A stretch of DNA of 64,000 nucleotides from Nemertoderma westbladi (lineage: Eukaryota; Animalia; Xenacoelomorpha): contig JAUCBJ010004177.1 in the NCBI GenBank assembly GCA_032718475.1, positions 1 through 64,000 on the forward strand, read 5' to 3'. Both the position numbers and the translations under genes were made by a program. Numbering within the stretch: position 1 is the stretch's first letter; every line of letters begins with the position of its first letter. Under the pieces are notes generated by a model. That model was not told the DNA's origin, did no database searches, and was given only the letters and a program-made list of their open reading frames with translations. Shown piece by piece: positions 59,335-64,000 of this stretch.

Positions 59335-59996
59335 AGTTAGTTAGTTAGTAGGTACGTAGTACCTAGAGTTAGTTAGTTAATAGGTACGTAGTACCTAGAG
59401 TTAGTTAGTTAATAGGTACGTAGTACCTAGAGTTAGTTAGTTAATAGGTACGTAATACCTAGAGTTAGTTAGTTAATAGGTACGTAGTACCTAGAGTTAG
59501 TTAGTTAATAGGTACGTAGTACCTAGAGTTAGTTAGTTAGTAGGTACGTAGTACCTAGAGTTAGAGTTAGTAGGTACGTAGTACCTAGTTAGAGTTAGAG
59601 TTAGTAGGTACGTAGTACCTAGTTAGAGTTAGAGTTAGTAGGTACGTAGTACCTAGTTAGAGTTAGAGTTAGTAGGTACGTAGTACCTAGTTAGAGTTAG
59701 AGGGTACGTAATGCCTAGTTAGAGTTAGAGTTAGAGGGTAGGTAGTACCGATAGAGTTAGAGTTAGTAGGTACGTAGTACCTAGTTAGAGTTAGAGTTAG
59801 TAGGTACGTAGTACCTAGTCAGAGTTAGAGTTAGAGGGTACGTAGTACCATTAGTTAGAGTTAGAGTTGGAGGGTGCGTAATGCCTAGTTAGAGTTAGAG
59901 TTAGAGGGTAGGTAGTACCGATAGAGTTAGAGTTAGTAGGTACGTGGTACCTAGTTAGAGTTAGAGTTAGAGGGTACGTAGTACCATTAGTTAGAG
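59335..59996. repeat. 32-34-bp hairpin-containing tandem array inside the LTR element
   Basis: (AGTT)n or (AGTTAG)n spacers alternate with AGGTACGTAGTACCT (AGGTAC-GTA-GTACCT hairpin). Confidence 0.93.
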
Positions 59997-60607
59997 AGAG
60001 AGAGTAAGAGGTAAAAGGGGTAAAATAAGATATAGATATTAGATAGCAGTAAGTAGAGTTAGTAGTGAGAGGGGGGCATATGAGTGCAGCTGGATAAATC
60101 GTGTGGCCACACGACGCATACTGCTGTACTGCATAGGCCCACTGAGTAGGCCAGAATATGGATCAGAGAATAGAATAAATCCATAGGCAGTAGTAAGTAG
60201 TAGGACAGTAGAATCAAAGCAAAATAAATAAGTAAATAGAATAGGGCTAAAAAATCGAAAATAGTGGTAACACAAGGAAAGTCGTTCTAGAACATAATAA
60301 AAGTAACGGACGGAAATCGTAAATTAGGCTGATTTACTAGCTCCGAAATTAATTAGATTAAATTAAGCTTGAAAGGCGCAGTTAAGTAGAAAAGTAGGCC
60401 ATTATCGAACTGTAGGAAACATCTCAATACATCACTCATCTGTATTGCGCCTTGGTAAGGCACCACCCTACAGGTGAGCGAGTGTAGTGTTCGGAATGGC
60501 GAGTAAGCTGATCAGGAAGAGAAAAGCGGAGTCAGGAGGTATATCAGTTTCGCAGAGGAGCGATAAAGGTATATCAGAAGCGATATATCCTGCAGGAGGA
60601 CTGGATA

Positions 60608-62254
60608 ATGATAAGTTTGCTTAACTTATTCATGACCGTAGTTATCGAAAGGGAACCAGGGGCATTTCTGTTATCGGGATCACCCCTAAGCTACAGGAGA
60701 GCCTTTAAGACGGCCTTTGACGGTCTGGTAGACCACCCGGGGCTGAAGGGCGAGTCGGTGTACTACAACAGCCGACATCTGGTAGATGGGGAGACAGATA
60801 CACCGTATCAGAGATGGGAGCAGCTAGAGATGGATAGACGGGAAGCAAAGCGACTGGAAGAAGTCGCTAGACGGGAGAGGATAGAAGCAGAGGAGAGGGA
60901 AGAGGAGGCCAGGGCACAGAGTTACGGCTTCGAGGAACAGGCGGGCCTAGACGAACTTCATTGGACTTCGTCGGGGAGTTCGGGGGAGTCTCTAGGACAA
61001 GAATTGGGATGGACGGTGGGATCGCCGAAACAGTCGACGTCGGGGTTGCAGACGATGCCCATACCAGCGGGCACCGAGGGCGACCAACCGCCAAGGAAGC
61101 TAAGGGAGCTAGAGGGATGAAGAGCTACGGGCGAAAGCCAAGGCGGGAAGGGACATAGTGGATCCATCGGGATACCGGGATTGGAGACGCTACCGGAAGA
61201 AGAGGACGACGACGACGAATTCGGAGAGATACCGCCCATCGAAAGGATAGGCCACTCGGACACGGACTGGGTTGGCGGAAGGGTGGTGACGGCCAGTGGG
61301 GCAAGGGCCTTCTGGAACAGATCCGGCAAGCGGACCTGGGTGCACGAGGGGCCGGCGATGGATTTCGCGGGGAGCACCATCAGGTTGGGCGAGCAACCGG
61401 GGACGGCACCACGGATAGTATTCGGGGAGACGATGCCCGAGAGGGGCGGAGAGATAGACGTAAACAGGGAGAGCAACGTAGAGAAGTTCGCCTACCAGCG
61501 ACTCCATAGACCGCGGAGATCGCTTGGGACGAAGGACGAGGTGGGACGCGAGACATTGGTACTCGGCTGCGACTACTGTGGGAGACAGACCCATCAGGAA
61601 AGCAGCTGCCTATACCGGTTCCAACGGGGAACCTTTTGTCTCTATTGTAGAGAACCAAGTCACAGGATGGGGGCGTGTCCACGGTTGCATAACCGATGTC
61701 CAAAGTGCCACTTTCGGGGGCACTACGGACGCGAGTGCGACTGGATGAGCGACGAGGAGAAGTTCACGAGGTTCGAGGAGTGGGCCGACGTCGGGGCCAT
61801 GACGCGCCAGCGCATGAAGGCCCAAGAGTTCAAGTGGGGTTTCTTCCTCATAAACCAGGAGACCCACATGGTAATCATAAAGCGAAGGTTACCGTTTACC
61901 TATCAAGAGGTAGCTACGGCGGCATCGTTCGCCGGAGTTATGAACACGCAACGGTACCTGGACAGGTGGACACCAGAGAACCGGAGGGAGTTTAGGGATT
62001 TCTTGGCGGAACACGTACCAAAGGCAATGAAGATGATCCTATGGGACGCCACACGAGGGAAACAACCAGGCCATTCTGAGGGGCCACCGGCGAAGCGGTG
62101 TCGGGCTTTAATAACACCAGCGCCCAAGGAGCCGACGACCGGGATCAGCAAGGAAGTGGCAGCGAAGGTCCGGAAGCAGAAAGCGGATGATGCCAGAGGA
62201 GCAGTGATAACCAAGAAACGGGCCAGGGAGGAGGACGTGAGGAGGTACAGATGA
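60608..62254 (+). CDS. Accessory ORF with three CCHC zinc knuckles (548 codons, one in-frame TGA at 61118-61120)
   Basis: ORFs 60608-61120 and 61181-62254 share a frame, and the interval 61121-61180 is open. CDYCGRQTHQESSC, CLYCREPSHRMGAC and CPKCHFRGHYGREC are all CX2CX4HX4C. Confidence 0.78.
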
Positions 62255-62924
62255 GTTCCCGGAGGCGAGGGAATGAGACTGAGACTGGGACGTGGTGCGC
62301 CTGGAAGGCGCCGCATGTAACGTACGAACTATTAAGTATAAATTTAATTAATGCAAATAACTATATAAGTGCAATTCGTATGTACGTACGTAGTGATTAG
62401 CAGTAAAATACATACGTTTGGAGTAAGTACTATAGTCATACAACCTTTCTCAATTAGCTACTGGGACTGGGGGACAATTGACTATGGCACTATGGACGAG
62501 ACAACTGACAATTTCACACTTCTTGAGTGCGGCGGCACGAGAGGGGGGGGAGGTTCGTCAGGAGAGATGGAGCAGTCAAAGTGGACTTGAGAATCGGAAT
62601 AAGAGTGTGAAGTGCGGAGAGAGTGCGAGCGCAATTCTAGCGTGGGGGGGGGAGAATGAGAGGCTGAGTAAGGGACGAGGAGGTCCGGGGGTATGAGAGA
62701 GTTAGGGTGAGAGTGAAGGTTAGATAGGGCGTAAGTGTTGGGGAAACAAAATCGCGTGAAGAGGTGAGCGCGATCGGCCCGACATGAGACGCCAGGCGTA
62801 AAGGGTAGCGTTATCATACCCAGAGGGAGCGGCCTGGAAAGCCGACTCCGAGAGAAAAGATTTCCACCCCACACCCGATGCTAGATCGGGATCCAGCGGG
62901 ATTGTAGCGCACTTTTTTTGGTTG

Positions 62925-62962
62925 ATGCTATCTTCTTACCGGGAAGATAGCATGGGGGGGAG
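62925..62962 (+). promoter_or_regulatory. Hairpin plus polypurine tract
   Basis: ATGCTATCTTC-7nt-GAAGATAGCAT stem followed by GGGGGGGAG directly before the 3' LTR TG. Confidence 0.85.
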
Positions 62963-63500
62963 TGTTAGCTTATTCAATCCCGCCAACACCCCATAAAGTT
63001 ATTAGCCGATAAGCAATATTGGGAGCCGCGAGATTGGGTAATTAACCAACTCGCGCCATCCCAATAAGAATGGGAAGGAAGCACACAATAGAGGGTCAGG
63101 GGCCAAACCCCTAACCCAAGGAGAACAGGTGGAGTGAACGGGAATACTCCACGGGGCGCCAACAAGGGTATTAACCAATCAGAGGGGGGAATGGCATCGA
63201 TTGAGTAGCAGTAAGGCCACCATGCAATATAACCAATAACCTATTAATCAGTGATTCAGTTATACCAGTGCAGCAGTGCTAGCGTAGGGTACAGCCAATT
63301 AGTTTAGTTAGGGGATCACGGGACTTTAGTTACCGTATCCCGCCTTGTACACATTCACAACATATCTATATCTTATAACCTCCTATTATACACCGAACTT
63401 CAGAACTCAGTCACTTTATTTCATCCTTATACACGGCGGGGACGCGTGGACTAAATTACCACAACCGGATAAATCGGGATCCCTCTTGGATCCCGTCACA
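62963..63500 (+). repeat. 3' LTR (538 bp)
   Basis: Direct repeat of 52615-53153, followed by the ATAAT TSD. Confidence 0.97.
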
Positions 63501-64000
63501 ATAATTGAAAAATGGTCCCCACAGCAGCTCACTGATAGTCACGGATAGTAGCACCAAATCTAATTTGGGAGGATCAGGAAACACAGCTGTTTCTCTAAAG
63601 AGCAGCATTTGCCTTAAGACGACATCATCTATAACTTAGAATAATATAATTATATTTTACAATAATAATAATAATATTGACAGTGTCCTTTAATCACAGG
63701 TATTTTATGGAAAAAATATGAACTCAGGAGTTATCCTACTGCATACTCCTAATGTATATTATCCGCTTTACTGAAATTTAAAATGAAGGTATTCGACTTT
63801 TATACTAGTTGATCTTAGCTGGAATAGAATAGGCCACGAATAAGAGTAATCAATAAAAATTAATTCCATGGCAGGTACCATGGAATCAGGCTCACCTCTT
63901 CTATATTTTAGGATTCTATACTATATGAGATCAATCTTCACTTTCTGTAGGTGCACAGAGAGGTTCATGGTGACAGCCATAAGAATGTAGAACTTAATGA

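Larger units (their letters stand above)
52615..63500 (+). mobile_element. Complete but non-autonomous BEL/Pao-type LTR retrotransposon with an extra 3' ORF
   Basis: TG..CA LTRs at 52615-53153 and 62963-63500. 5-bp TSD ATAAT (52610-52614 / 63501-63505). PPT GGGGGGGAG abuts the 3' LTR. DUF1759-like gag and Pao-type protease motifs. Confidence 0.95.

Noticed and set aside
59335-59996. (AGTTAG)n as telomeric repeat
   Set aside because: Only 2-3 hexamers at a time between hairpins, and internal to an LTR element.
60608-62254. Accessory ORF as an envelope gene
   Set aside because: No convincing signal peptide, no C-terminal transmembrane helix and no fusion-protein cysteine pattern; the cysteines form CCHC knuckles.
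53177-62874. Many minus-strand and alternate-frame ORFs inside the LTR element (e.g. 53177-53887, 56585-57181, 58037-58990, 60958-61476)
   Set aside because: Shadows of GC-rich, purine-biased sense ORFs; S/P/L/R-rich with no motifs.

Overview
Repeat-saturated, AT-rich eukaryotic DNA, most likely an invertebrate animal (inferred from the mix of BEL/Pao, RTE, RTE-X, CRE, piggyBac-, Kolobok- and P-like elements). There is no prokaryotic gene organisation, rRNA, tRNA or CRISPR array. The first 25 kb is a run of tandem arrays (48, 44, 23, 39, 29/31 and 53 bp units) broken by small transposons. One intact, intronless host-like gene lies at 25400-26980 on the minus strand (BC-box plus leucine-rich repeats). 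The 27-52 kb region is a nested stack of LINEs and non-autonomous DNA transposons with recoverable TSDs. The most unusual object is a complete 10.9-kb BEL/Pao-type LTR element (52615-63500, ATAAT TSD). It keeps a very long Gag plus protease frame but has lost RT, RNase H and the integrase core. It also carries an extra ~548-codon triple-CCHC ORF in the env position, and it lacks a tRNA PBS, having instead a 9-nt sequence complementary to its own LTR. Two tandem arrays can be traced to their source sequence inside transposons. All calls come from reading the sequence and motifs by eye; no database searches were run.
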